Origin: an uncultured Polyangium sp.
Lineage (GTDB): Bacteria; Myxococcota_A; Polyangia; Polyangiales; Polyangiaceae
NCBI GenBank assembly: GCA_964514885.1
Contig: CAZETM010000103.1
Location: 1-19,252 of the forward strand
Direction: 5' to 3'
DNA length: 19,252 nucleotides
The notes below the pieces were generated by a model. That model worked only from the letters and a program-made list of their open reading frames with translations. It was not told the origin of the DNA and searched no databases. The number at the start of each line of letters is the position of its first letter. The first letter of the stretch is position 1. Positions 1 to 8,302 of this stretch are shown piece by piece. The translations under genes were made by a program, and so were the position numbers.

Positions 1-9
1 GCCCCCAAT

Positions 10-112
10 ACGCTCGGTGCAGGTAGGCGCAGGCACAGCCGAGCGTGTCCGAAACCCTCGGTGTAGGTAGGCGCAGGTACAACCGAGCGTGTCGGATGCG
101 CTCGGATAGGGG
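10..112. repeat. Imperfect tandem repeat of about 44-45 bp, roughly 2.3 copies. Each unit has an internal 8-bp inverted repeat (acgctcgg ... ccgagcgt).
   Basis: Read directly. Unit A covers about 11-55 (cgctcggtgcaggtaggcgcaggcacagccgagcgtgtcc). Unit B covers about 56-98 (cctcggtgtaggtaggcgcaggtacaaccgagcgtgtcgg), with 4 mismatches over 39 aligned bases. A partial third copy, cgctcggatagggg, starts at 99. Confidence 0.6.
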
Positions 113-477
113 TCGAAAGGTAAGGAAGACCCAGTCGGACTAGGTCGGATGAGGGTCGGGGTGGGTGGGTCGAGCGAGTCGAAGACGGTCGACGCGTGGC
201 GTTTCGGGGGGCCGAGCACATCGGAGACGGGGGCGAGGGGTGCTTGCGGCTTGGAGTGGCCTTATTGAAGGCGGGCAAGTGGCCTAGCGTAATGTACGAG
301 GATGCGAGGTTGGGGCCATGTGAAAATGTCCGTACGGCTCGACCAAGGCTATCGAAAATGGTCTCGTCGTCATCGCCGACCGTCGTCGTGGTTCGTGCCG
401 AAGCTTGGCGCGCGAACATGTCGAAAAGTTGGCTCTTGCATGATGGCCCTAGTATCGGCGAACTGCGGGAGGTTCTC

Positions 478-1179
478 ATGCGATTCTTGCGTTCGGTGGG
501 TGTCGTAGCGGGTCTTGTTTCGGCGATGGGATGTGGAGGTGTCACGGTACGAGAGGTCTCGCCAGCCAGCCCTCATTCATTGCGAGCCATTACGGTCGAG
601 CGAATACAAGGGTGCGCTACCGAGTTTGGTAAGGAGCTCGAAAGCGGAAGCTACAACATCCACTCTATTGTCAAGGTAGATCCGGACGGATACAAGCAGG
701 GTGTTGAGATGGAGGGGATACCCGATACCGCGCCCAATCTGGCGACCTGTGTGCGCCTTGCTGTGCAGGATATGGAGATTCCGGCCTCCGTTTTCAATTT
801 GCGTTCAAATCACTCGACTGCCTCGACGAACGCGCCCACGGTGGAACAACGTTCCTTGATGGGTAACCCCGCCGTTGTTGTGATCGTCGTAGTGGGTTTG
901 GGTGAAATCGCAATCGAAGCAGGCGCATATACGATTCTCTTAGGGGTTACCGTGAAGGTTTTGGAAAAAGCAGCGGAGGACGTGGAAGAGAAAGGGTGGA
1001 AGGCGGTATGCATAGCGAAGTATGCTGCCTGCGTCGCCGCCGTGGGTACTTGGAAACGCGGAAATCATTTGGGAATCTCGAGATGCGCATCGTGCTTGGA
1101 GACGTGCAAGAAGGAAGAATCATGGCCTTCTGACATTGGCAATGGTTCCTGCGAATTTTGGAAACGAAATTGGAAATGA
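478..1179 (+). CDS. Putative exported or lipoprotein-like protein of 233 aa. It has an N-terminal signal peptide with a Cys (MRFLRSVGVVAGLVSAMGCGG), a C-proximal hydrophobic segment and a Cys-rich tail. Function unknown.
   Basis: This is the internal Met of ORF 196..1179. A strong SD GGGAGG lies at 466-471, 6 nt upstream of ATG 478. The signal-peptide-like h-region ends in AMGC. The hydrophobic stretch is NPAVVVIVVVGLGEIAIEAGAYTILLGV. The tail contains CIAKYAAC, RCASCLETC and GSCEF. GC3 is lower than in neighbouring genes. Confidence 0.5.
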   Translation: MRFLRSVGVVAGLVSAMGCGGVTVREVSPASPHSLRAITVERIQGCATEFGKELESGSYNIHSIVKVDPDGYKQGVEMEGIPDTAPNLATCVRLAVQDMEIPASVFNLRSNHSTASTNAPTVEQRSLMGNPAVVVIVVVGLGEIAIEAGAYTILLGVTVKVLEKAAEDVEEKGWKAVCIAKYAACVAAVGTWKRGNHLGISRCASCLETCKKEESWPSDIGNGSCEFWKRNWK

Positions 1180-1195
1180 AGGGAGGTCGATGCCC

Positions 1196-1696
1196 ATGGA
1201 CGATGAAGACGATGTGTCACCCGATGAGATCGAATTTACCCAAAAAATTAGCGAGACCATTCTACATGAAATGGAATGGCCGTTCGATGCGGTGGCTCGC
1301 GAATTTCGCCGCATCGAGGAGGAATTTGTCGCCCGAGCGGGTGATAACAAGGAAATCGCCCTCGATTTCAAAAGGCGCATATCGAAGCATATTCTCGGTG
1401 CAGCGCTCATGGCCGACCAAACGCACGAGGTTTGTCGTGAGATATGGGAGGAGGTTGTCAAACGAGATTTCCCAGATCATGAACAGAAGCGGACCCACAC
1501 TGTCATTTACGCTCGGTGCTGCCAAATGAACGGCGAATTCGCCGCCGGTATCGCCGTGCTCGAACCGCTCATCACCGAGATGGAGCAATTGCTCAAAGGC
1601 AAAGCGTTAAAGCGAAAAGAGCGTAAATGGTACGAAAAAGACCTCGCGACATCCCGCAAAATTCTCGACGAACTCAAAGCTGGGATCCGCAAGTGA
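1196..1696 (+). CDS. Small acidic hypothetical protein of 166 aa (MDDEDDVSPDEIEF...), probably co-transcribed with the upstream lipoprotein-like gene.
   Basis: Internal start of ORF 1022..1696. GGGAGG at 1181-1186 precedes ATG 1196 by 9 nt (alternative ATG at 1190). Codon usage looks coding. No recognisable family motif. The start lies 16 nt after the upstream stop. Confidence 0.5.
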   Translation: MDDEDDVSPDEIEFTQKISETILHEMEWPFDAVAREFRRIEEEFVARAGDNKEIALDFKRRISKHILGAALMADQTHEVCREIWEEVVKRDFPDHEQKRTHTVIYARCCQMNGEFAAGIAVLEPLITEMEQLLKGKALKRKERKWYEKDLATSRKILDELKAGIRK

Positions 1697-1854
1697 AGCC
1701 GTGATGGCGTCATGCCGTAGGGCGGCTTGTCCTCATAGAGCTATAGCATCTCGCCGCCGCACGATACCGACCCAACCCACTCGCCGCCCCACGGCCCGCG
1801 TCGACCGCCGAGCGTGGGACGTTTTTCCAAGCCTATGCTGCGGACAAGCGGCTC

Positions 1855-4800
1855 ATGTCCGTGCTTGCGCCGGCCGGCAAGAAGGCAGGGCGTCAAAGTT
1901 GTCGAGAGGTTACCGGTGCGAAATCAACGGAACTGCTAGACCTCAACGGGTTTTTCCACGATACTCTCGCCCGCATGCTCATCGGCCAGGTTGTCGACGG
2001 ACGCTTCCGACTCGAAGCCTTCGTCGGCCAAGGCGGAATGGCGCGGGTCTTCCGCGCGCTCGATCACCGGACAAACGAACTCGTCGCGCTCAAGGTCCTT
2101 CTCGACGAAGAAGCCAACCGCGAACGCTTCGATCGTGAGGCCGAAGTGCTCGCGTCTCTGCAGCATCCAGGCATCGTTCGCTACATCGCGCATGGAGTCG
2201 CCGAACGGCACGCATACATCGCGATGGAGTGGCTCGACGGCGATCCGCTCGGCAGGCGCTTCAACAAGCCCATGGCCATCGCGGATGCAACAAACCTTTT
2301 TCTGCGCATCAGCGAAGCTCTCGCCGTCGCACACGAGCGCGGCATCGTGCATCGCGATCTCGCCCCCGGAAACATCATTCTCATCGGCGGTGATGTCGGC
2401 TGCCCCAAGCTGCTCGATTTCGGCATCGCGCGAGTCGGCGGTGCTTCGCGTGAACTGACGCGACGAGGCGCATTGCTCGGATCCATGGGCTACATGGCCC
2501 CCGAACAAGCACGTGGAGACAAAAGTCTCGATACGCGTGCGGACATCTTCGCGCTCGGATGTCTCATGTTTCATGCGCTCACGGGCAAACGTTTGTTCGA
2601 GGGAGGAGATTCGCTCGCGTACCTCGTGCGAGTCGTCGTCGAAGATGCTCCGCGCCTCGGAACGTTACGCCCGGACGCACCCCAATGGCTCGAAGCGCTG
2701 CTCGGCCGCATGTTGGCGCGATCCCCCGCGGACAGGCCTAACAACGCGACGGCACTCGCGCGCGAGCTTGATCGCGTCGCATCGCTCGACAATGACGAAA
2801 CCACAGTCGATGGCACATCGACACTCGAACAGACCGCCTCACTAGGCGCAGCCGAACAGCGCGTCCGCTGCATTTTGCTCGTGCAAGCGCCCGATCGCCC
2901 GAATGGTTTTACCGATGCGCGAGCACGGCTCGATCCCATCGCTGCAAGTCTCGAAGGCACTGTGGAAACGCTGCTCGACGGACACTTGCTCGTCACGTTT
3001 CGATCTGCGCGCAACGCGATGGACGAAGCTGCGCGTGCGGCTCGTTGTGCTCTCGCGTTTGGTGCGATGCTCGAAGGCGAGCGCGCCGCGATCGTTGCTG
3101 TTCAAAGTTCTGGGGAAAACCTCATCGATACCACCATCGATGATCTTTTACCGTTGCTCGAACGCGCGCCCGAGGACGCCGTTGCGGTCGATGACGTGAC
3201 CGCTGGCCTACTCGGAGCTCGCTTTGACGTCGGTGGAGATGCTCGAGGTTTGTATCTGATGGGCGAGCGTGACGTCACCGAACAAGCGCGCACGCTCCTC
3301 GGAAAACCCATGCCCTTCATTGGCAGGGATGCCGAACTTCAACAGATCTGCCGGCTCATTGAGCAAACCGAGCGAGATCGAACTGCGCGTGCAGTGATCA
3401 TCACGGGCGAAGACGGCGTGGGCAAATCTCGCCTACGTCAGGAAATCGTGCATTGGATCGGCGCACGTAATCGTCCCGTCGAAGTGTGGATCGGCCAGTG
3501 CGATTCGATTGCCGCGGGCGCTTCGTTCGGTCCGCTTGCCAAAGCCATTCGGCGCATATCGAACCTGACCGCAGGCGAGCCGCTCGCCGTTGCTCATCGC
3601 AAGCTTCGCGCGCGCATTGGCAGACACGTCGATCCATTACGTGCCGCAACGGTGACCGAGTTCATCGGTGAATTGGCTGGTTTGCCTTTCGAAACCGAAG
3701 GCAGGCCGCAACTGCTCGCTGCCCGACGTAATTCGATGCTCATGTGGGATTCGATCCGCCGAGCGTTCGAGGAGTTTGTCGTGGCGGAATGCCAAGCCGG
3801 CACCATCGTCTTCGTCCTGGAAGACATGCACTTTGGTGACGTTTCCACCGTAGCGCTCATCGATGCGGTCCTGGCCAAACGTATTCCGTTCGTCGTCATT
3901 GCATTGGGTCGGCCCGAGCTGTGGCGGCAATTCTCCGACTTATGGGCCGCGCGCTCACCGCTCGTTATGTCGCTTGCCCCGCTTTCGGCTCAAGACAGCC
4001 AAGCTTTCATTCGCGCAGCGCTTGGTCCCAAGGGCAAACCCGCATTCATCACCCATATTGCCGAACGTGCTGGTGGAAACGCGTTTTTCCTGGAAGAACT
4101 GATCCGTACGGCCGTTCGTGGCAAAGACCAAGCTTTGCCGGAAAGCGTCGTCGCTGTCGTACAGGGCATGCTCGAACAAATCGACCCGCGTGCACGGCGT
4201 GCATTGCGAGCCGCGAGCATTTTTGGTGATGGCTTTACCAAGACAAACCTCATGGCCCTGCTCGGTGATGACGCCCGAGATGCCGGAGCATTACTAGACA
4301 AACTCTGCTCGCTCGAAGTGCTCGAACAACAAGAGCCAAGCTTGACGCCACACGGCGGGTTTGTTGCGCAATACTCATTTCGTCATGCGTACGTGCGAGA
4401 AACCGCGTATTCGATGCTCACCGAGGAAGACCGCATTCTTGGCCATCGACTTGCGGCCAGGCACCTCGCCCAACTCGGCAACGTCGACGATTCTCAATTG
4501 GCCGAACATCATGAGCGCGCGCGCGAGCCGCAACGAGCGGTGCGTTATTTTGCCCGTGCAGCAACACAAGCTTTGGGCGGCAGTGACCTTGCCCGCGCCA
4601 TAACGCTCGCCGAACGAGGTATAACGTGCGGCGCAATCGACGACGACCTCGGTGGATTGCTGGTCATTCAAGCCGAAGCACACCGATGGCGGGGACAAAA
4701 TGTCGATGCCGTCAGATGCGCCACCCAAGCACTCAATGTGCTCGTTCGAGGCACCGACAGTTGGTGCTCCGCTGCGTACGAACTTGTTTCTTGCGCGCTG

Positions 4801-5814
4801 CAGCTCGGCGATGCCACGCCGCTCGATTACATCGTTCCTTCGCTCTCCGAGATTGTCGCGACCAACTCGACGCGAAGACCAGCGGTCGTCATTGCTTGTG
4901 CACGCATTGCCAGCACGCTTTTCATGTCCGGACGGCGCGACATGGCCGAATCCATGTTGCAGCTCGCAATCGCACACGAAGCCGAAATCGCCTCGAAAGA
5001 TCCTTCCGTACGTGTACGCGTGCACGAGGCGCGCGTCGTGCGTGCATTCGCCTTGGGTGACTTGGCGGCTGCCGCAACGCTCGCAGAAGAATTGATTCGC
5101 GAACTCAATGAGCTTGGCGACGTCCGCAACGTCGCTCTTCACCGCAGCAACCAAGGCGTTGCGCTCAATGCCATGGGCGCGTATGCCGACGCTGAAAGAA
5201 CTTTGCGTGCCGCGCTGGAAGCTGCCGAGCCATTGGGCCTGGCGCGAATTCTATGTGTGATTCAACAAAACCTCGGTTTTACTTTGGCGCACACCGGTCG
5301 CATCGACGAAGCGCAAACGCTCTTGTCGCGTAGCATTCGCGAATCGATTATGCAGCGCAATCGTCGTTTGGAGGCTGGGGCGCGTATTTATTTGGCCATC
5401 GCGGCTCTTTATGCTCGCAAGCTGGACATTGCCGTAGCGGAAGCCCGAGCCGCGGTCGATGCCATGGGCGACGCAACTTCGACGGGAATTTATGCACTCG
5501 GCGTGCTTACGCTCGCGGAAGTGATGTGCGGGCGTAACGAAGATGCATCGCGCTCTGCGGAACGCGCCATGGCTGCACTCGAAAAGCATGGGGGCGTGGT
5601 CGAAGAGGGCGAGGGCATATCGCGGCTAGCGTATATTGAAGTGCTCGTAGCGCGTGGGGATGAAACGGCCACGAGACGTGCGCTCGTTATCGCCAAAGAA
5701 CGATTGGAAACGCGAGCGAATTCGATTACGAGACCCGAATGGCGGCGATGTTTTTTGGAAGTCGTGCCCGAGCACAAGCGTACGCTGGATTTGGCCGCGC
5801 ATTATCGAGTGTAA
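1855..5814 (+). CDS. Large multidomain Ser/Thr protein kinase-like protein. N-terminal Hanks-type kinase domain, then a region resembling a degenerate cyclase-homology domain, then an AAA+/STAND ATPase and C-terminal TPR-like repeats.
   Basis: Kinase motifs: Gly loop GQGGMARVF, VALKVL (Lys present), HRDLAPGN catalytic loop, DFG, MAPE. ATPase: Walker A GEDGVGKS and Walker B VFVLED. The C-terminal half is helical and Ala/Leu-rich, like TPR. The true start may be ATG 1975 (MLIGQVVDGRFRLE...), about 11 residues before the Gly loop. Confidence 0.85.
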   Translation: MSVLAPAGKKAGRQSCREVTGAKSTELLDLNGFFHDTLARMLIGQVVDGRFRLEAFVGQGGMARVFRALDHRTNELVALKVLLDEEANRERFDREAEVLASLQHPGIVRYIAHGVAERHAYIAMEWLDGDPLGRRFNKPMAIADATNLFLRISEALAVAHERGIVHRDLAPGNIILIGGDVGCPKLLDFGIARVGGASRELTRRGALLGSMGYMAPEQARGDKSLDTRADIFALGCLMFHALTGKRLFEGGDSLAYLVRVVVEDAPRLGTLRPDAPQWLEALLGRMLARSPADRPNNATALARELDRVASLDNDETTVDGTSTLEQTASLGAAEQRVRCILLVQAPDRPNGFTDARARLDPIAASLEGTVETLLDGHLLVTFRSARNAMDEAARAARCALAFGAMLEGERAAIVAVQSSGENLIDTTIDDLLPLLERAPEDAVAVDDVTAGLLGARFDVGGDARGLYLMGERDVTEQARTLLGKPMPFIGRDAELQQICRLIEQTERDRTARAVIITGEDGVGKSRLRQEIVHWIGARNRPVEVWIGQCDSIAAGASFGPLAKAIRRISNLTAGEPLAVAHRKLRARIGRHVDPLRAATVTEFIGELAGLPFETEGRPQLLAARRNSMLMWDSIRRAFEEFVVAECQAGTIVFVLEDMHFGDVSTVALIDAVLAKRIPFVVIALGRPELWRQFSDLWAARSPLVMSLAPLSAQDSQAFIRAALGPKGKPAFITHIAERAGGNAFFLEELIRTAVRGKDQALPESVVAVVQGMLEQIDPRARRALRAASIFGDGFTKTNLMALLGDDARDAGALLDKLCSLEVLEQQEPSLTPHGGFVAQYSFRHAYVRETAYSMLTEEDRILGHRLAARHLAQLGNVDDSQLAEHHERAREPQRAVRYFARAATQALGGSDLARAITLAERGITCGAIDDDLGGLLVIQAEAHRWRGQNVDAVRCATQALNVLVRGTDSWCSAAYELVSCALQLGDATPLDYIVPSLSEIVATNSTRRPAVVIACARIASTLFMSGRRDMAESMLQLAIAHEAEIASKDPSVRVRVHEARVVRAFALGDLAAAATLAEELIRELNELGDVRNVALHRSNQGVALNAMGAYADAERTLRAALEAAEPLGLARILCVIQQNLGFTLAHTGRIDEAQTLLSRSIRESIMQRNRRLEAGARIYLAIAALYARKLDIAVAEARAAVDAMGDATSTGIYALGVLTLAEVMCGRNEDASRSAERAMAALEKHGGVVEEGEGISRLAYIEVLVARGDETATRRALVIAKERLETRANSITRPEWRRCFLEVVPEHKRTLDLAAHYRV

Positions 5815-5817
5815 TCG

Positions 5818-7407
5818 TCAAGTACGCGCGAACGCAGGTAGTGCGGCCCGCTTCGCGCGTCGAGCCAGAGCCATGATTAGCCCCGCCAAACCCAAAGCGA
5901 TCGCGGCAGCTTGACTGCGTTGTTTTCGATCTTGCGGCGAATCACCCTTTGGCGGCAGCATTGCAGCGGGGGAAACCTCGGTGCACGGAACATTCGCTTT
6001 TCGCCCCGCTTGTATCCAATTGTCGACTTCGGCTTGCTTCGGCTCGGCCTCTAGAACCAAGTCTTTTTCCAGAGCCACGCGCGACAAATTCCCTTCGAGA
6101 CGCGTCACCCACACGCTTGCAGGATGCATTCCGGTCAGCGCCACGGCCAAATCGTCCAGCTTCACGTCGGGCTGACTTTCCGGCGCTCCGCACTCGAAAT
6201 CGCGCATATCGATTTGCCCCGGCATGACGTCGACACACGTGCCATTCGGATCCGTGCAGGGATCCACCACGAGGTCCATGCTGGATGCGTATTGGTTGAA
6301 TTTATCCGCGCATGACGATTCTGCCGTTTCGCCATTGACGAATCCTGTTGCGGCAAAAAACTTGCCAATCGTGTCCATGTTCCCGAGCTGAGTCGAATAC
6401 ACGTTTGGATTACCCACGCCATTCGTCAGCGGAGACAACAACGAGCCTTGACGAGCGTAGGAGCCGAGCCACGTGCGTCCCTCGTCGAGCGCCAGCATTT
6501 CGACGCGCCGTTGTGCATAATCCGAAGAGCTCGTCGCATAGTCCCACGTAACGAGCGCCGGGTACATTGCCGTATTGGGGAAATTCTGCGCTTGCCAGCG
6601 ACCTTCACCAATGACGAACAACGTCACCGCGGTATTCGCACCCGTTCCTGCCGCTACCATTCTCAAGGGCAACGCGGGAGATGCACCCGGCGATACCACG
6701 CGCACGGGTTTCATGCTTTGCACGCCGAAATCCGGCTGAAGACGCATGACGATGAAGTTGAAACCTTCCGACTGGTATTGATCGATGATCGGCTGAATCG
6801 ATTCGTCGATCGCAAATCCATATGTCGACAACCAATCGACGAGCACGCCGGGAACGTTCGCCTGCAGTGTCAACACTTCATAGGGACCCACGACGGCGCG
6901 ATCGACCACTGTTACCGGGGGCGGAGCGGGCGGATCGTTAACTCCTCCAAAGTCTCCTGCTCCTGCTGCCATATCAAACGAAGCCCCGGACGCGTCGGCG
7001 CTGCCGCAAGCGCATCCGCTACCACCGCCTTCATCAAAGCCGCCCGGAAAGAAGTCGTTACCATTAAATGGGGCGCAATTGAGCGGCGGAGGCGTAACGC
7101 GCGTCGTCGTCGCCGCATCGAGCGTCTCGAACCATGCACTGCTGGCCAGCTCCAGATACGCCCCGGGTTTTACTGGTAGTACCCAGGCAAACTCCTGGGG
7201 ATTTCCGGCGTATTCGACCTGATCCCAGAGCACCGTTTGCGTCTTTGAAATCGAGAACGCCATTCGGTGTCCCGTCACGACCGTGGTTTCGGGATCATTC
7301 GACGGATGAAAACATCCGCCGCACGCGTGCGCATCCGAAGTTACCAAAGACGACGCTGCCAGCATCGATGCCCCGGCGAGCGCAAGAAGTCGAGAAGTTC
7401 GTTTCAT
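5818..7407 (-). CDS. Secreted or surface protein of 529 aa. It has an N-terminal signal peptide, a Cys motif (HACGGCFHP), a Gly/Asp/Ala-rich low-complexity stretch and a C-terminal hydrophobic helix with a basic tail. It may belong to the DUF2330-like family, but this is tentative and from memory.
   Basis: The N-terminus MKRTSRLLALAGASMLAASSLVTSDAHA is a signal peptide. The low-complexity stretch is GGFDEGGGSGCACGSADASGASFDMAAGAGDFGG. The C-terminus is AAAIALGLAGLIMALARRAKRAALPAFART. It is the longest ORF across this span. It lies 98 bp downstream of the M23 peptidase gene on the same strand. Confidence 0.7.
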   Translation of the reverse strand: MKRTSRLLALAGASMLAASSLVTSDAHACGGCFHPSNDPETTVVTGHRMAFSISKTQTVLWDQVEYAGNPQEFAWVLPVKPGAYLELASSAWFETLDAATTTRVTPPPLNCAPFNGNDFFPGGFDEGGGSGCACGSADASGASFDMAAGAGDFGGVNDPPAPPPVTVVDRAVVGPYEVLTLQANVPGVLVDWLSTYGFAIDESIQPIIDQYQSEGFNFIVMRLQPDFGVQSMKPVRVVSPGASPALPLRMVAAGTGANTAVTLFVIGEGRWQAQNFPNTAMYPALVTWDYATSSSDYAQRRVEMLALDEGRTWLGSYARQGSLLSPLTNGVGNPNVYSTQLGNMDTIGKFFAATGFVNGETAESSCADKFNQYASSMDLVVDPCTDPNGTCVDVMPGQIDMRDFECGAPESQPDVKLDDLAVALTGMHPASVWVTRLEGNLSRVALEKDLVLEAEPKQAEVDNWIQAGRKANVPCTEVSPAAMLPPKGDSPQDRKQRSQAAAIALGLAGLIMALARRAKRAALPAFART

Positions 7408-7505
7408 TGGAAAAGCTCCTTGGTCGAGGGCTCGGCCGCGTGGGTTCCGCGCCTTCGCCTCGCCGATTGCAGCCTAAACCAATTCCACTGGTTTGTATAG
7501 CGCCG

Positions 7506-8219
7506 TCATTCCTTGGGCAGCCGGTTGCCGTTACGGTACCCGCCCATCACCTCGCGAATTTCGTCTTCATACAAAAAAGTACCGCTGTATTGCTCCACCT
7601 CGCCATCCAGCAAAAATCCCAAGTGCAAATGCCAACTCCCATTGGCGACTCCGGACGTGCCGAGCAACTCTCCTGCTTCGACCCGCGTACGCGGCGACTG
7701 TCCTTCCGGCTGCACGGCCACGATCTTCGACAAGTGCGCGTAATAGATGTGCGTCACCTTGCGAACCTGATAAACAATGGGCTCGTCCAATTCGATACGC
7801 ACACAATTCGCGGTATCTCGAGGTCCCGTCCAAAGCGTATGACCCGTTTCTGCATAATCGATCCATCCCGAAGCAATCGCATACACGGGCATTTTGATGC
7901 CCATTACATCGAGCCCTGTATCGGCACGATATCCCGACACGACTCCGCCGGGCATTGGATTATAGATCCCGCTCGGCAGCATTTTTGATTTTGGTCCTGC
8001 TGGCCATTGTGGCGGCTCAGGTTTTACCGGAACGTCCATTTTTGCCAACCGCGAATCCGAGCGTTCTGCATGCGGCGCTTGCACCGCCGGCACTGCGATG
8101 TCGGGCGCGAAGAGCCAAAACGGCGGCAGCGGCGGCGTCATCTTCACCGGCGGCGCAGGAGGTTGACACCCGAAGAGCCCAGCCATCAGCGCGCAAACGA
8201 GCGGTAAATTCGTGGTCAC
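7506..8219 (-). CDS. Peptidase M23 family (LytM-like) metalloendopeptidase lipoprotein.
   Basis: Lipoprotein signal MTTNLPLVCALMAGLFGC with Cys after the LFG lipobox. M23 motifs: GLDV (GIDI-like Asp), YAHL, and the zinc site GSWHLHLGF (HxH). The start codon is GTG (reverse complement of 8217-8219). Confidence 0.85.
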   Translation of the reverse strand: MTTNLPLVCALMAGLFGCQPPAPPVKMTPPLPPFWLFAPDIAVPAVQAPHAERSDSRLAKMDVPVKPEPPQWPAGPKSKMLPSGIYNPMPGGVVSGYRADTGLDVMGIKMPVYAIASGWIDYAETGHTLWTGPRDTANCVRIELDEPIVYQVRKVTHIYYAHLSKIVAVQPEGQSPRTRVEAGELLGTSGVANGSWHLHLGFLLDGEVEQYSGTFLYEDEIREVMGGYRNGNRLPKE

Positions 8220-8302
8220 GATCCTTCATCGGACGAGGGGCTCATTTTGTGACGACGACGATTGCTCGGCGCGAAGTTTTTTTCATCCTCAACCCAGGCA
8301 GC

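Noticed and set aside
196-477. N-terminal extension of the lipoprotein-like ORF from ATG 196
   Set aside because: The extension has no sensible features, whereas ATG 478 has a strong GGGAGG SD and begins a signal-peptide-like sequence.
1701-2138. 145-aa Arg-rich plus ORF overlapping the kinase start
   Set aside because: It is out of frame with the kinase domain, whose Gly-loop/VAIK motifs are unambiguous. The product is Arg/Pro low complexity.
4375-5154. 259-aa minus-strand ORF (also 1936..2574 minus and 1991..2458 plus)
   Set aside because: These lie inside or antisense to the kinase/AAA/TPR gene, which has clear motifs. They carry no motifs and are artefactual.
6448-7179. 243-aa plus ORF and the 7134..7988 plus 284-aa ORF
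   Set aside because: They are antisense to the signal-peptide protein and the M23 peptidase on the minus strand. The products are Arg-rich with no motifs.
7955-8302. Upstream extension of the 8303..8899 ORF to ATG 7955
   Set aside because: It would overlap about 265 nt of the well-supported M23 peptidase gene on the opposite strand, so an internal start (ATG 8303 or GTG 8249) is far more plausible.
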